64,000 bases of DNA. Source: Perkinsus chesapeaki ATCC PRA-425. Lineage: Eukaryota > Protista > Perkinsozoa. Below the pieces are notes generated by a model that saw nothing but the letters and a program-made list of their open reading frames with translations, was not told the DNA's origin and did not search any database. This document shows positions 33,282-46,183 of this stretch, in pieces (the stretch's first letter is position 1; each line of letters begins with the position of its first letter). The DNA is taken from assembly GCA_013115145.1 (NCBI GenBank), contig JAAPAO010000046.1, positions 40,679-104,678 of the forward strand, written 5' to 3'. The position numbers and the translations under genes are program-made.

Positions 33282-34375
33282 ATGGCAGTGACCTTCAAGT
33301 GCTTCATCGTCACATGTGCTCTATCTGTCATGATACTGGGTATCGGCCGGGCTGTGAGCCCTTATGATCATGCCGTAGAGTTCTTGGAAAAGAACGTACA
33401 GAGGAAATACAAGAAAAGCTTTCTGGAGTGTCAGGCCCGCCTAGCTGTTCTCGGGTGGCAGCGGTCGCCTTGGAAGAAACACATACCAGAGATCATGTTT
33501 CTGAATGACATACTTCCTTTTACTTCCCTAACTGAGGAGGCTAACGACTTCAGGGGTTGCAGCTCAGAGGGCAGTAAGTTCATCCACTTTATGAGGAAGA
33601 TAGTCGAGAAGTGCAGCAATGTTACATGTGCCGTGGAGACGCTGAATCGTAAGGCATGGTCCTATACAAGCCCGCCCATTGAGTACGCTCCCGGTGGTTC
33701 TGGTGGTCTCAACGCTTACAACCTCTATGATGTTATAAGAAAGAAGAAGTCCTCTTGCACAGGTGATCGGGTTTACGGCCATAGGTTTCGCGGGTAGAGC
33801 AAGGGTGTCTTCTCAAGCGAAAGAAGATCCCGCAAGATAGGTGCCATGCAGTCTTGTTTCAGGCCTGTCGATCTTTCTCGTATCCGCGTTGAGGTCAGTT
33901 GGCGTCCCGGCTAGAATAGCTGGGACTCCACATTGGAACCGAGGACCAGCGCAGTGCCCTCATGGAGACATGGACGATGCCTGTGGGAATCACAACTGGG
34001 TGAGCGATAGTAACTGATGCAGTACATCATGGGGCAAGACACTCGCCTGTATCGCATCTCCAGGTGGAGGCATACATTCCCGATCCTCCCTTCCAAGGAT
34101 GGCTGATGGTGGACCAAGCCAACTTGAAGTCGGCTTTGAACCACTCATGGTTTGTTCCAAAACCTGCCATCTTCCAGAATGATGGCACGATGAATCACAG
34201 CATTTACGCATCGTCGCTCGCTCCTACGGAGGCTCTGGCCCGTATGGCGGATTATTTCGTTGGTGCTGGTAACCGTCCCAGCCCTTTTGGTCATTTCCCT
34301 TTAGTGTGGGACTGGAACGATAGAAGTGTTCATGCCTGGGATGTGAGCCAATCTTACCAACATAGAGCATCCTAA
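33282..34375 (+). CDS. Secreted transglutaminase-like (Cys-His-Asp) protein, 3 exons
   Basis: Signal peptide from ATG 33282. Introns 33763-33862 and 34000-34063 give SSCTG|LSIFLVSALRSVGVPARIAGTPHW..GNHNW|VEAY..WLMVD, the transglutaminase-like core. Confidence 0.88.
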
Positions 34376-34672
34376 CATCCTGCTCGTGGAGTTAGTCCAC
34401 CTTTGAATCGACTGCAGTTTCATGGCGATCATTCATGTCTTTCAAAAGAAATATTACTTCTTTAATGGCAATCGATTCAATGAGTGAAGGCAAACCGACT
34501 CGACCGTTTGGACCTGCTGTACTGAAAATTGAGTTTAGTGTTGTCACGGGTGCGACTATCTACAACTGGGGACCCCCCCAGAGTGCGCAATCGGGCAGGC
34601 TTCCGAGCATGGGGGAACTCCCTAGATAAAACCACATTGTGGATCATTCCCAAGCTTATTCGTATTCCCTGG

Positions 34673-37309
34673 ATGTTACCCTGGCGGCGGGCGTTACCCG
34701 CCGCACGCCACGCCTTTTCACTCCAACGGCACGTTTCGTCTCTAGTAACGAGAAAGCCGTCATCTCGGGAGCTATCGAGACATGTCGAGTTGCAGCAGCG
34801 TCTCAAAGCCGATGAGGATCCAGAAAAGATAGCTCGAACGCACTTGGATGTTATGTCCGTCAGCAACATCAACTTAGCGATGAACAAGCTGCGCTCTAAT
34901 GGTGACCTTAAATTCGCGGCGCAGCGGTCATTGCTTATGTGAGCAGGTTCGCGAGACTTTGATATCCTCATGAAACTTGGCAACAAACTTCTCGAGTTTG
35001 AAACGGCCAAATGGGGAAGGCCCAGCCACACGCTTGTGTGCGGCCGTGTCATCTCCGACGCTGTCTACGCCTTGACCAAGCTACTTACTAATAATGTGGT
35101 CACAACTGTATTTGATAAGGAAGGGATAGCGTAAGGCTTCCTCTGCTATCTGTAACGTCTTAGCTCTCCCTGTCTTCAGCAAGCTCGTGCTGGAACATGC
35201 CATTCGTGTCCGAGTGGAGGCCGTGAAGATCTCCACCGGCGACGCAGCCTGCATACTGTGGTGCCTCTCGCGTATCCGCCCGTTCGTCCCGGACAGTGAC
35301 GATGCGGCTGAGCTCAAAGTGGGGATAGTCTCTCCGTTAGCGGCTGATGACCCGTTTGGTGCATTCAGGCTTGCTGGTTGGAGCTTTGCTCCTACATGGG
35401 CAGGGGCGATATTGCTAAAAAAATGAAGGCAGCCGAGGTCGCATTGCTGTGCTCGGCTGTGGCTTCTCGGCAATCGTTGGGAATTAAACCGACAGAGATG
35501 TACAGCAGCGGTCCAGTCATATATCTCGACTTGTCCTTTCAGGGGCGCTGTGTGGAGACATGCCATCGTACCGAGATTGGATGAAGAATTCACTGCACGA
35601 AACGTAGTCGAAGTTGCGGATGCACTCGCATCAATCTTCCCGGAGGAGAGTCTGAATTCACGACCGAAGTGGGCTGCCGATGCTGGCAAGGCCCTCGCGG
35701 TTTTCACAAAGATCAATCTAACATAGTGAGTCTGTATTGGGATGTACAGGGCCACCACTTGGTGATGAAAACTTGTCAGTTTCACAGGCCAAGGCCTTTC
35801 TAGGATGATGCATGCTCTAGTCCGTATGCAAGCGTTGGATAGCGTTCTCGCCCCGAAGGCCATTGCTGTTGTCTGCAATAACCCCGAGCTCTACGATGCC
35901 CGATCGATGGTAGGCTGGAAGACTCTGGGATTGAATGGGGCTCGTCTGCCTTATGTATCCTTTTCAGTGTGGAGTGGCGTATGCGATAACAAAGTCCGGT
36001 TACCATTCTGTTGGCCTATGTCTCAAAGCATGCGAGCGAGTCTTAGCCACAGCGGGTGGACCGGTGGACGCCCAGAGCATGGTCAAGCTCATCTGGTGTA
36101 GCGATGTCGTCGGCGTTATGGTCCCTCAAGAACTGTGGCAACTGGCCTCAACGGTGGCCCGGAAATCTGAGCGTTTGACTGCAACTATGGCGTCCTATAC
36201 TGCGAAACGCCGCGGATACGAGATGATCGATTTGTCCCCCGCCATACTCAGAGGGAGCGCCCAAGACTTGTCCTTGGTTCTGTGGTCTGCCGCCGTCAAC
36301 GGATACGTACTCGAGGAGGATCTGTTCCTCAATGCCATTCATCGCATCCTTACACTCAGACCGATGGATTCCCAATCCCACGTCATGTGTCTTTGGGCAA
36401 TAGCAGTTCAAGCGCACTTTCGATATGAGAGCATGTGGCACCACATGCCCCAACGTTTCCGATTGTTTCGATGATAGTGTTTCCGACGTGTCGAGTTGAA
36501 GTTGGGCCAAAAGGTTTTGAACTCCCAGTCTAGGGTAATGACCGAGAACAGCAACGACGGCAACAAGGCTATCGTAGGACGGGAAACACTCCTCATCGAG
36601 TGGCTCATCGACCAGATCAAAGCCTGCACTGATGTCGAACGCATAAGTTGTTTTTACCTAGCGTACGATGTTGTAGGTGCTTACTTATGATCCCAAGGCG
36701 TGGCCGTTGGACCATGAGACCGATATGAAGATTCAGGAGAAGTATCTGCTTTGTCCGCGTATGAGCTGTGTAGAGTTGTCGTCTCAGATTCTACGCTAGA
36801 GTCTGTAGTGGAGTTATTGCGCACTTGAACGATAAGCTTGGGGTGCTGCAGAAGATAAAACAGCTCGATGCTGCCCTTGCTGAGAAGATGATCCGGGGAG
36901 GCGAACCAGGTGGGATAAAAGTAACTATTCTGGAGTTGGGAGGCACGAGAAATTCTAACAGATCTGCCAGCTATCGCACCGCAAACTGACCAGGACGCAT
37001 TACAGCGCGAGCTCAAACTGACGGCTCTTAAGGAGAAGGTCCAGCAGATGAATGAGGTCTTGAAAGAGACCCAGGAGCGTGAGCAGGTAGGGTCTGATGG
37101 AGGCAAATCGGACCTGCTCTACTCCACTAGCCTGACGGTATATTCCGTGTTCACGGTTGCTGTCTGCTGCTCGGCACTAAGCTATCCCTCGGCAGGACTC
37201 CAGTGAATTATTTTAGAAAATCGATGGCAAGCTCCGAATAGTCGAGGCTGAGATGGCAGTTCTCCGGGGAAAGGCGGATGCCATTGCAGCCAGAGCTCAA
37301 ATCAGCTAG
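34673..37309 (+). CDS. Mitochondrion-targeted helical-repeat (OPR/HPR-like) protein, multi-exon; the 3' coiled-coil exons (36.7-37.3 kb) may be a separate gene
   Basis: Arg/Ala/Ser-rich presequence MLPWRRALPAARHAFSLQRHVSS; repeats such as DAACILWCLSR, QDLSLVLWSAAV, SHVMCLWAIAV. Exon structure only partly resolved. Confidence 0.55.
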
Positions 37310-37659
37310 AGTCGAGAGTGCATGAAATAATTTTGGCTATCGTTGCTTTGGTGTTGTGTTGGTAAGTGGAAGACATCGAGTACCCCTATCATCAATGTGA
37401 CGTTGAGATTCCAGGCAAGACGCAAATGGTTGAAATCACTGGCGAGATTTACTGCGCGATTACTCATCTCCGTGCCTTACGCAACAGGACGACACTCCAG
37501 CGCCTTACTACTTACTTACGGCTGCGTGATTAACCTGTGTTCTTATCGCATAACTCGGAACGTGTTCTTGCTGTGTGTATATGTCTTGCCGTTGAGAACA
37601 GCAAGGATAGGCTGTCCTCAGGGAGGTGCTTCATTGCCACTACAGAAATCCTTGACCGA

Positions 37660-38703
37660 GGGATGGTGTTTTCTATTCAGCCGTCCTGCTCAGATCAAGG
37701 TCGTACGAAACCATAAGGGATATTGTATCGCGACTTTTGGGGTCTGACCAAGTGGTGGTGCTGCTCGAGCTATCGTTATCTCTTGAGAGCAGCAGCAACA
37801 GTAGCATTCCTTGCATGCATCAAATGTATTTCAGATCATCGCCAAGGTGCATTATGGTCTAGTCTAGTGTATGGTCTCGAGACGGATCTAATACTTGTGG
37901 CTTACTAAGTCGATCAAGGCTAGCAAGATAGGTTATCGCTCGAATACAAATTCCATTGTTCCTTTCTGTTTTATCCTCGGCAATCATGCTTTTATCATCG
38001 CTGCTACGTGTAACCATCTTTCTTCTCGTAATCGACTACTGGCCCGACCCTTCTTGAAGGTATTTTGATGTCTTCACAACTTTGCTCGACACCGCTGGGC
38101 TGCTGTCGGGTGGAATGACCACGAAGAAAGGCGTCCATTGAGGTGGTCCAGAAGTGTGTCATGACTTCAAAGTCCGCGGGCAGTGCTATATTCCCTTCTC
38201 TTCACCCTCAGAGAAGAGGCTCCACGGTCATACGGACATGTATGACCGTCCACTACGGATACTGCAGCAACGGTATTCATGAGCAACCACTCTCTAATTA
38301 ACAAACGCGAGTGACCCCGTAGTTGAATCCACTAAGTCATTCATATCTTTGTCCTATGCTGTTGTTAGTGTCGCTTGATCTGTCACACATGAGAGGTCTT
38401 ATGATCATGACATTGTGATATTGCAGAATCAGTTATGGAGGAATGACTATTTCTTGTAACCACGAGTGTCTTCCACGAGTGTCAGGCATTTTGCGTGCCA
38501 CTGGTTGCCTTGGAGATGACACATCTCAGAGATCATATTTCTGAATGGCATATTTCCTTCCATCTTCGTAACTGGATAGACGGTTGACTTTTGGGGTTGC
38601 GAGGTTTCAGGATAGTCGAGGCCTAGATGGCAGTTCTACGGCGTGAAGCGGATGGGCTTGAAGGCAGAGCTTAATCAACTGAATGCGAGAGGACACGAAT
38701 TAA
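37660..38703 (+). pseudogene. Decayed, internally deleted direct duplicate of the 31.6-37.3 kb block
   Basis: 38138-38194 is 54/57 identical to 32112-32168; 38500-38610 resembles 33460-33570; 38611-38703 resembles 37236-37330. The copy has an early frameshift/stop and a lost splice acceptor (gtcag to gtcgg). Confidence 0.85.
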
Positions 38704-39145
38704 TTCCTTCGGAAAATTCTTAGTATATCCCATTGGTCGGTTGGGGGAAAGTCCCCGCTACCACTAACGCCTAGTGTTCAGCATCCGGCACGAGACACAC
38801 TTCGACATTCGATCTCGCTCGGACGGAAATGGCGAGCAAAACTGACTGCACGAATGTTTATTTCCTCGCCTTACACACCGGGATGATACTTCAGTACGGG
38901 GAAGTCTCTCGTCTGATAATAGCCTAATAGCCATTCAGAGGATCGCCATCTCTTAGTTGTACTCGGCCTTTGCCGATTCACGCTTCTCTCATGCGACACG
39001 CCCGCAACCTGATCTTGATTCTAACGGTTATGTGTGTGCACAGAGTTTCGATGGAAGCTCCTCGTAAAGCAGTTCAGAAGGTTCTTGACCTCCTAAGCTG
39101 GAAGTTACAAGTAAGCCCTCCTAGTAATTTGACCGGTAACCCCGC

Positions 39146-39685
39146 ATGCGTTTCCAGGTGACTCGCCCGACGGGCAAAACGGAGTCGGACGATGTACGAG
39201 CTTGCGTAGTCAATTCGTGGTTCGCAGGGAGAGCTGAGTTCACCTTAATGGACGATAGCGACGTGAACCGGGACAAGACGCCCGCGGTGAAAGTAACTTA
39301 CCTCAAGTGCTGCCTGAGTAGCAACAAAGCAAGCAAGTACGCCAAGCCATACATTATTCCGATATTTCTCCGGGCTCTCTTTTTAGTCCACATATGCAGT
39401 ATCAAAGGACTACTGATGCATGTCCTGGGCTATCATTGTAAAGGCTCGTCGAACCTCTCAATTAGGATCTCAATTAGGATTTTCAGGCAGCCGAGGCTAG
39501 AACAAGTGAATGCCGCCATTGAAAGCTCAGTGGCCAGTCTGAGACATATAGTCGACGAAATGGGCATTTTCACTAGCACGTTCGATCAATGCACAAATGC
39601 TGTTGAGGACCTGTCGTCGAAGTTACCGCGCAGTAGCACAAGTAAAAACTTCGCCCTTGTGAGTTATCTGTGTTCTCTTGCATGA
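39146..39685 (+). CDS. Possible hypothetical protein (coiled-coil-like 3' part)
   Basis: 179-aa ORF with a helical segment (LEQVNAAIESSVASLRHIVDEM); probably contains in-frame introns; no known motif. Confidence 0.3.
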   Translation: MRFQVTRPTGKTESDDVRACVVNSWFAGRAEFTLMDDSDVNRDKTPAVKVTYLKCCLSSNKASKYAKPYIIPIFLRALFLVHICSIKGLLMHVLGYHCKGSSNLSIRISIRIFRQPRLEQVNAAIESSVASLRHIVDEMGIFTSTFDQCTNAVEDLSSKLPRSSTSKNFALVSYLCSLA

Positions 39686-39873
39686 CCTAAAGTGTGGCTG
39701 AGTTAAGCTGTTGTTGTTACTGATGTGAAATGTGGTGTTGAAAGTTCCAAACCCGTGAGACGTCAAACTGGCAGCGCGATACTCGATAACTCAACAAATT
39801 CCAGAGATAGCATGCAACATGGGATGAATATGAGTTGTGAAAAGAGTCTTTTCAAAAGAATCGTGAATCAGAA

Positions 39874-41900
39874 TTACTGATGAGCATATGTTGAATACGT
39901 CCGCCCAGCCACTGGACTGGTGCGGTTCAATGGGGCAGTCGCCAGCGAAACCGAGGGCCCGAAGTACAAGGGGAAACGGAATTCGATCGACCGGTATCTA
40001 GGAATGAATCTCCTGGTCGGAGGAGAATAAAACGCACTTGGCGTATAGGCCAGAATTCGACTGGTTTCTATTGGCCTGAGAACTCTATAAGTCGTGATCG
40101 GGGCAGACCGATTGCAAGCGAGATAGCGGGAGGAAAGCTCGAGATGGCCAGAACTAGTATGCGAAGTCATTAGCCGCCGACTCATCGGTAAAGGCATGCT
40201 CCGCTCGATTGTGGGTAACGCCGAGCTCATGGAAGGCGATCTCGATGGGGGAGGAGAGTGAAGCTAGGAAAAGTGAATATCTTGAAGAATCAACGAAGCC
40301 ATGGGGGCGGTTACCTCAACCGTGCTACTCGTAGTGAGAGGACGGATTTTCGTCGACACCGACGGCGTTCCTGGTGTTGAAGACTCGAAACTTAGTTGCT
40401 TTGTAAACGGGGTTGAGCAAGTCGTCGCCGGTGTGGCCTCAGTGGCATATACTCGACGTAGGAAGTCTTTCGTGCTCATTTTGGGTAGAGCTCCAGGGCT
40501 TAAATCCTTCCGCATGCTAGTTTTACTGGAAGATGTCTGAGTGGCAAACGATAGATAGGAACGAATTTCATTCCTTACTTCTATGTCAGCAATAGAACGT
40601 ATTTTCATAGGGGTGAGTTCTTCGATCGACTGCCTGACACAAAACGCAGCATTCTTAGCACCGCGAACTGGAGCGACACAGCCTAGGCTTGTTGGAGCGC
40701 TCGACGAGTGCACCTCCAACTGTCACTTTGTACTCACTTCTCCGCTTTCTCTATCTCCACGTGGATCTCACGAGAGGGAGTACTTTCCTGTCGCTCGCCA
40801 GTACATACATTTTTCGCCTGCCACATAGCAAGTGTTCGATTGTTGGAGGTGAAGCCTTTACCGTAAATGACAACCTGAGACCCCACTCACATCCTCTCGT
40901 CCTTCCCTATGCGCCTGAATACTCCTTGATGAGCGTACTGTAAACCTTACAGTGGACAGATCGTCTGCTACGTTGCTATCGTGTGAGATAGCAGAGGTCG
41001 CTTCGCTGACCGAGGATCAAGTCTCTCTTCGAGGATCCGTTAAACTGACTCACTCGACTTGATCTCTCGGCGATGTTTTCACTTCAGCTTCAATGTGAGC
41101 GTGTATAGCCGAATTGGCGGGACGAGTGGCTGATCTTGCCACCGAAGATGGTGCGTCGCCACCGAGTCGAGGGAGTGAGCAGTTCGGTAGCCCATTCCCC
41201 TAAGCAGGAGCCATGCTTCTCTCGAGTGAAAACAATGAGCGCCACCTTGTCGGGTATGACCGTGTTGCTTTTGATCCGGTTGGTCTTAGAGCTGTTGTTA
41301 TTGAACGTAGTAGATTTACCGCGAGGGGTTCTGCTGAACATACTTCGATGCCCGAAGCGAGGGGATGTACCGAACGAGGTAGCCTAGCATGAGAACGAAT
41401 ACTCGCACATTTGAGACCAGGTACTCCCAGAGTTATGCACAGAAATGCGTAGTTGAACGGAACATCTATACGGAAGGGCTGGTGGTATATAAGCTCACCA
41501 CTTTCTTTCTGCTTCGAGGGCTCGTCTTGCCTTGACCGGGACGCCATCCACAAAGCTTCAGTCGCTCTCTCATTAAGTGATAGGCAGCCCTGCGGCTTGT
41601 GTTTAATTCAGATGTACAACTGATACGAAGGCGGGGTTCCTCTGCAGGCAAGGCAGCTAGTGCTTGGCGTCCGGCATGTCTCGACTACTGGCTGGTCCGG
41701 CCGTCATGTTCGCGGGGGAGCCAGCGGGCCTTGCGCATGGCAATACCGAGGATACCTCACCGCTGCGGTCCGTTATCGGAGTAGCCACGGGTGAGCTGGA
41801 AAGAGCGAACGAGAGACTAGTGAGGAGGACAAAACGAAGTGACTTCGTCGAAGTCTTACACAGGATAGGCTGATGGGGAGGGACAGGAGACTTTGTAGAG
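39874..41900 (-). CDS. Possible multi-exon Ser/Thr/Arg/Pro-rich hypothetical gene
   Basis: Chain of co-oriented minus-strand low-complexity ORFs (39874-40230, 40264-40719, 41090-41341, 41466-41651); splice structure not resolved. Confidence 0.3.
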
Positions 41901-42159
41901 CGATTTATCAGTCAGGGGAGGGCTCAGAGTTCTGTTTTGAGAATCGCAAGGGGAATCGACAGGTAGCTTATCGTTAAAAGTGATCACGTGGGATGACATG
42001 AATGAATATAGACACTGCCGAGGTATACTGTAAGCTGCTCGGCTAATTGACTCTGTAGCGACTAAACTACACTGTGGGACTCGCACAATGTTAGTGATAA
42101 AGTCTAATGAAACTTCAAGTCTGATTTCAACCTCTTGAATCGTTAAATCGTAATCATAA

Positions 42160-43505
42160 TCACAGGTCAAGCGTAACGGGCTTGGAAGGGGCGGCAGCGC
42201 TGCATTGCTCAAGAACCAACGGGGACACTTCCATCTCGACATCTTGAACTATAGGCACGTCCTCGTCTTGCCAGGTACGCGGCCTCGTTACGAAGACTAT
42301 AATAGAGAGCAGAACCTGGCCGAGAGAGGGGGGTACCGATGGAGAGAAGGAGGTTATTGGGCTCACAAAGCACAGGAATCCAACAAAGATGGATGTGATG
42401 ATCACCGAAACCTTGGCATCAACCTTCTGATCGGCTGCCCATGAATCGCGAGAGTCTGAGGGGGAGTGTATTCAGATAGCAATTGCCTGGGAAAGCCTAC
42501 AGCAGTATGAGTTAACTATCCCCACGATCTGTTGTGGGGTTCGGTGCTGAGCGTTGACACATTCGAGTAGGTATGAAGAGGTGCCGTCGAATCTAAGGAC
42601 AATGTGCATAAAGATAAGCTAGGAATATGCCAATAAGGCGGCGCGGTTCACTCACTCGAGGCCACTGTTGGTCACAGCTTCACCGAAGGCGACATCGCTT
42701 ACACAATACACAGGAAAAAACGGTATAGGGTTGCCAGCGCAGCTAAGATATGAGAGAATTAGGAAGCCGTGCGCTGCTGCAGCATCGGCTTACCCAGCAT
42801 TGACGCATTCGCCCCCAGTACAGTTGCCTTTGTTCCAGGAACTATAAAACCTGATCAAGAACTACAAAGGAATTAATCCTGGATGTGCTCACGATTCACG
42901 GTAGGAGTCCAGAAGATCGTTCTCATTTCCATCGAAAGGATCATCATATGCATTGGCGCCATTCTTTACGATGTTACCAAAAGCGCTAGCATATTCCACA
43001 TAATAAGCCAATAGCACTGAGTCGACTATTAGTAATAAAATAGCAAACGCGCTATATCTGAAAGCAAACCAAGTTGCGGTTCCCGCGATGAGAAGTCGTA
43101 ATGTGCTCGACGCATAAATTTACATCGTTAACTGGCAACAAGGCCTACTACGATAACAATGCCGATTGGTGGCTCACTTTAGATGTTTATTGACACTCGG
43201 GCCGCCCAATGCTCTGCACCCATAAAGTGAGATAGCTACCATGAGCATTGCGAAGAGTATGTTGAGAAATAGAGCAAGAGCACCATCAACCAAGTCATGA
43301 GTGTACAGACGCCACGTGCCTAAGAGTCCATGATGACTATGCTGGTGGCAAATGCCACAGAGCCACTACTTATTATAAGAGAAACGACACCAAAGAAGAG
43401 CAGAAATGCATTGAAAGTTATGCATAGTATCTTCGCTACGAGCTCAAACCAGAACCGGGCCTTAGCTTTCTTATCAGAGAAAGCCTTCGTTCGATGACGG
43501 AGCAT
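42160..43505 (-). CDS. Tetraspanin-like 4-TM protein, paralog 1
   Basis: TM1 ILCITFNAFLLFFGVVSLII, TM2 ending SLYGCRALG, TM3, Cys-rich loop (WNKGNCTGGEC..GC..PVYC..YLLECV..SYCY), TM4 followed by VTRPRTWQDED. Confidence 0.75.
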
Positions 43506-43830
43506 AAATCAAACAATGATCTGACCAGTGTTGTGAAATGAGGTGGCATGCCAGTCCTCGCTGGTTCTGCCAGAGAGTGCAAGCGTTCATTGTCTGACTG
43601 CTGTTCAGGAATTAGTTGATGTAGAAAGAGTTAGTCCCATTAATTCATCTTGCCTCATGGGGAACTCACCCACGAAATTGATAGAACTTAAAGCAGGCCG
43701 GCGTGACCGATGAAACCGATAAGGTGGCTGTGAAGTAGCAAGTATGATAAGCTGTATGTTATACAATATATAAGTGTAAAAATGGTGGTAAATAGTAGCA
43801 AATGCGAAGGCAATGGTATTCGGAGGGTGC

Positions 43831-45185
43831 TCACTCGACCCCAGGCTGCAAAGATGTTGGTGATTTCGCGAACATCTCTCGATCCGAAACGAAGTGGAAG
43901 TCGTCGTCCTGCCAGGTGTGTGGGCGCGTGACCAGGACTATAACGGAAATAACAGCCTGATGCAGTGTGCAGTATGTTGAAGGCAATCCCTCGGCATTGA
44001 CGTACCAAAATCATCGATCCAATAGCAACGGCCAATAGGATCATCATTGTGAGCGCATCCTTCCCTGTCGACGAAACTGCGCTCTCTCTTGTATCTGATA
44101 TAGTAGGGTAGCAGCCTTATAGCCCCGCCGTCAGAGAGTCAGTCCAGCAAAGATGACGTGTTTCATTACGTAGGTGTAAAGGGGAGAATCAACAAGGAAT
44201 CAAAGATAAGATGACAAGGTCCCATTTCGATCGACTGCTCGAGGCCGGGGAATCGCAATGTCTTACAGCAGAGAGAATCTATCATCCCGATAGTCTCAGT
44301 TACACTAGTTAATTGATCAGAGACACACTGGAGGAAATACTCATGAGATCTGTTGTACCTAGAAAAATGGGAGTGCTATTGACACAGCATGCATCAGGAT
44401 TACGTCTGTCCAGTAGAGGTGATACTGCCCCCTAGGTCAGGAAAGGCAGTACACGTAACTGGCTCAAACTTAGGCGGATCTTCGAGGCATCTACAGAATA
44501 GCGATCTGTCGCTTTTCTCAAAGCTAAAACGAGCTACCCTTCAACTAAACACTCTCCACCTGAACAATTGCCCTGATGCCATGAGCTGATGAAACTGAGA
44601 AGGCCACAAGAGTAGGAGGCAAGTTGGACCTCCTATGCCCCTCACGATTTCCTGTATTTGTTGAGAACCTCGTATTCGTCAGACGCCGTCTGATTATCAT
44701 ACACATTTGCACCGCTTTGATCGATGGCTTGAATCGCAATATACTCCATAGACTGACTCGCAAGTAAGAGCGTATACAAAATGACTAGAATCGTCGCCAT
44801 GCAGATGTACCTAAAAATGACAGAGTCAGAATTACCAGCAGTAGCATTGCGCGATACCGTATTTGTTTTGATAGATCTTTACTGCCAAGTGCTCGACAGC
44901 CATAGATTGAAGTGGCGACCATCAGCATGGCAAATAACAGCGTAAGAAATATCGAAGCGACCGATCCAATATAATTATGCTGCAGGAGGCTCAACGTACC
45001 TATACGTGAAGACTGTAAATACATAGTAACAGAGGGAGCTTACTTGTGATGACACTTGCGAGCCCCCAGAGGAACAAGAATGTATTAAAAGCGATGCAGA
45101 ATCCCATGGCAGTGTATTCGAAAGCTCGCCGAAAGCGTACCCCAGCACTCGATTTGAAGCTGGGCTCTGCCTCGGCCGCCGTCAT
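43831..45185 (-). CDS. Tetraspanin-like 4-TM protein, paralog 2
   Basis: FCIAFNTFLFLWG, SIYGCRALG, WHQGNCSGGEC, SLCY, VTRPHTWQDDD; most intron positions shared with paralog 1; stop TGA 43833-43831. Confidence 0.75.
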
Positions 45186-45286
45186 ACGCTTAGATTGCTA
45201 AGACGCCCTCCTTGTGATAAAGAATAAGGCAACCTAGCAAAGCCAAAACGAGAAACCCTGCTGTTCTTCGACGAGCAGATTGAAGG

Positions 45287-45308
45287 CAACAACAACAACA
45301 ACAACAAC
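45287..45308. repeat. (CAA)7 microsatellite
   Basis: Read directly; lies ~100 nt upstream of tetraspanin-like paralog 2. Confidence 0.95.
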
Positions 45309-46183
45309 GCAACACGAGGAGGAGCATTTGATCGAGTAACCCTTACAATGTCGGTTTCCACCAGTAGAGAGCTTCGGTACTTTCGCGATCGCTCGGAAAA
45401 GTGTCAATTTGTTGGGAGAAAACGCCTCGTTACTTGACCAGTATAGGACTCCATACAGCCCCAGCGGTCACTCACTATTTAATATACCCCGGCAGCAGCC
45501 AAGTGCGCCAACAAGCAGACCAATATCTGTTGTAAAACCAGCTACATAATGGAGGAATAGTACAATGACCTATCTACAACAAAATGGATATTAGTTATCC
45601 GAATGGGCTATCTATCACAAATGGATTTGGAGGTCTACCTTATAAACCAGTGCAGTGAAAGGACAGCAAAGCAATTACTGAATGAGAAAAAATAATAAGA
45701 TAAGAGTGGGAGGTGCAGTATTAAAGAAGCTTTCGCTCTTAGAAGTATCGCAATGGCTCACGGCAACCATCAGGCACGTAAGTAGTATTGAGAGCGAGAG
45801 CTGTTAGAGTGAGGGGTGTAGTAGGCAAGTGCAGGAATGAGGGCAGCAGTTATTGGGAGTTCGATGAACTATACGCCGAGTTGACACATACGGAACCCGG
45901 CGTCTCGAGAATCTTACGACCTCGGCAACCACCAGTCAAAGGTAGACGATGCTACAAGGGATACGGAATCCCGGATTCCGCAACAGATATAATTTGATCA
46001 TAGCATTATGAAAATGAGAATACTGATTTGACTACAGCTCGCGTGGGACTGGACATCCCTATTTGCTAGTGCAAGCAGTATGATACATGACCATAGTAGT
46101 AAATGCAGGGATGTACCGAAATCTCTACAGTCATATCATACACTGAGTCTATGAGACAATGCAACGATTGGAAAAAGTGTAAA

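Noticed and set aside
42400-42520. Apparent in-frame TGA or frameshift in tetraspanin-like paralog 1 (possible recoding)
   Set aside because: Resolved by a 45-nt GT-AG intron whose position is shared with paralog 2.
45753-45997. Possible two-exon plus-strand mini-gene (47-nt intron) inside a minus-strand block
   Set aside because: Short, no motif, splice fit could be chance; needs RNA evidence.
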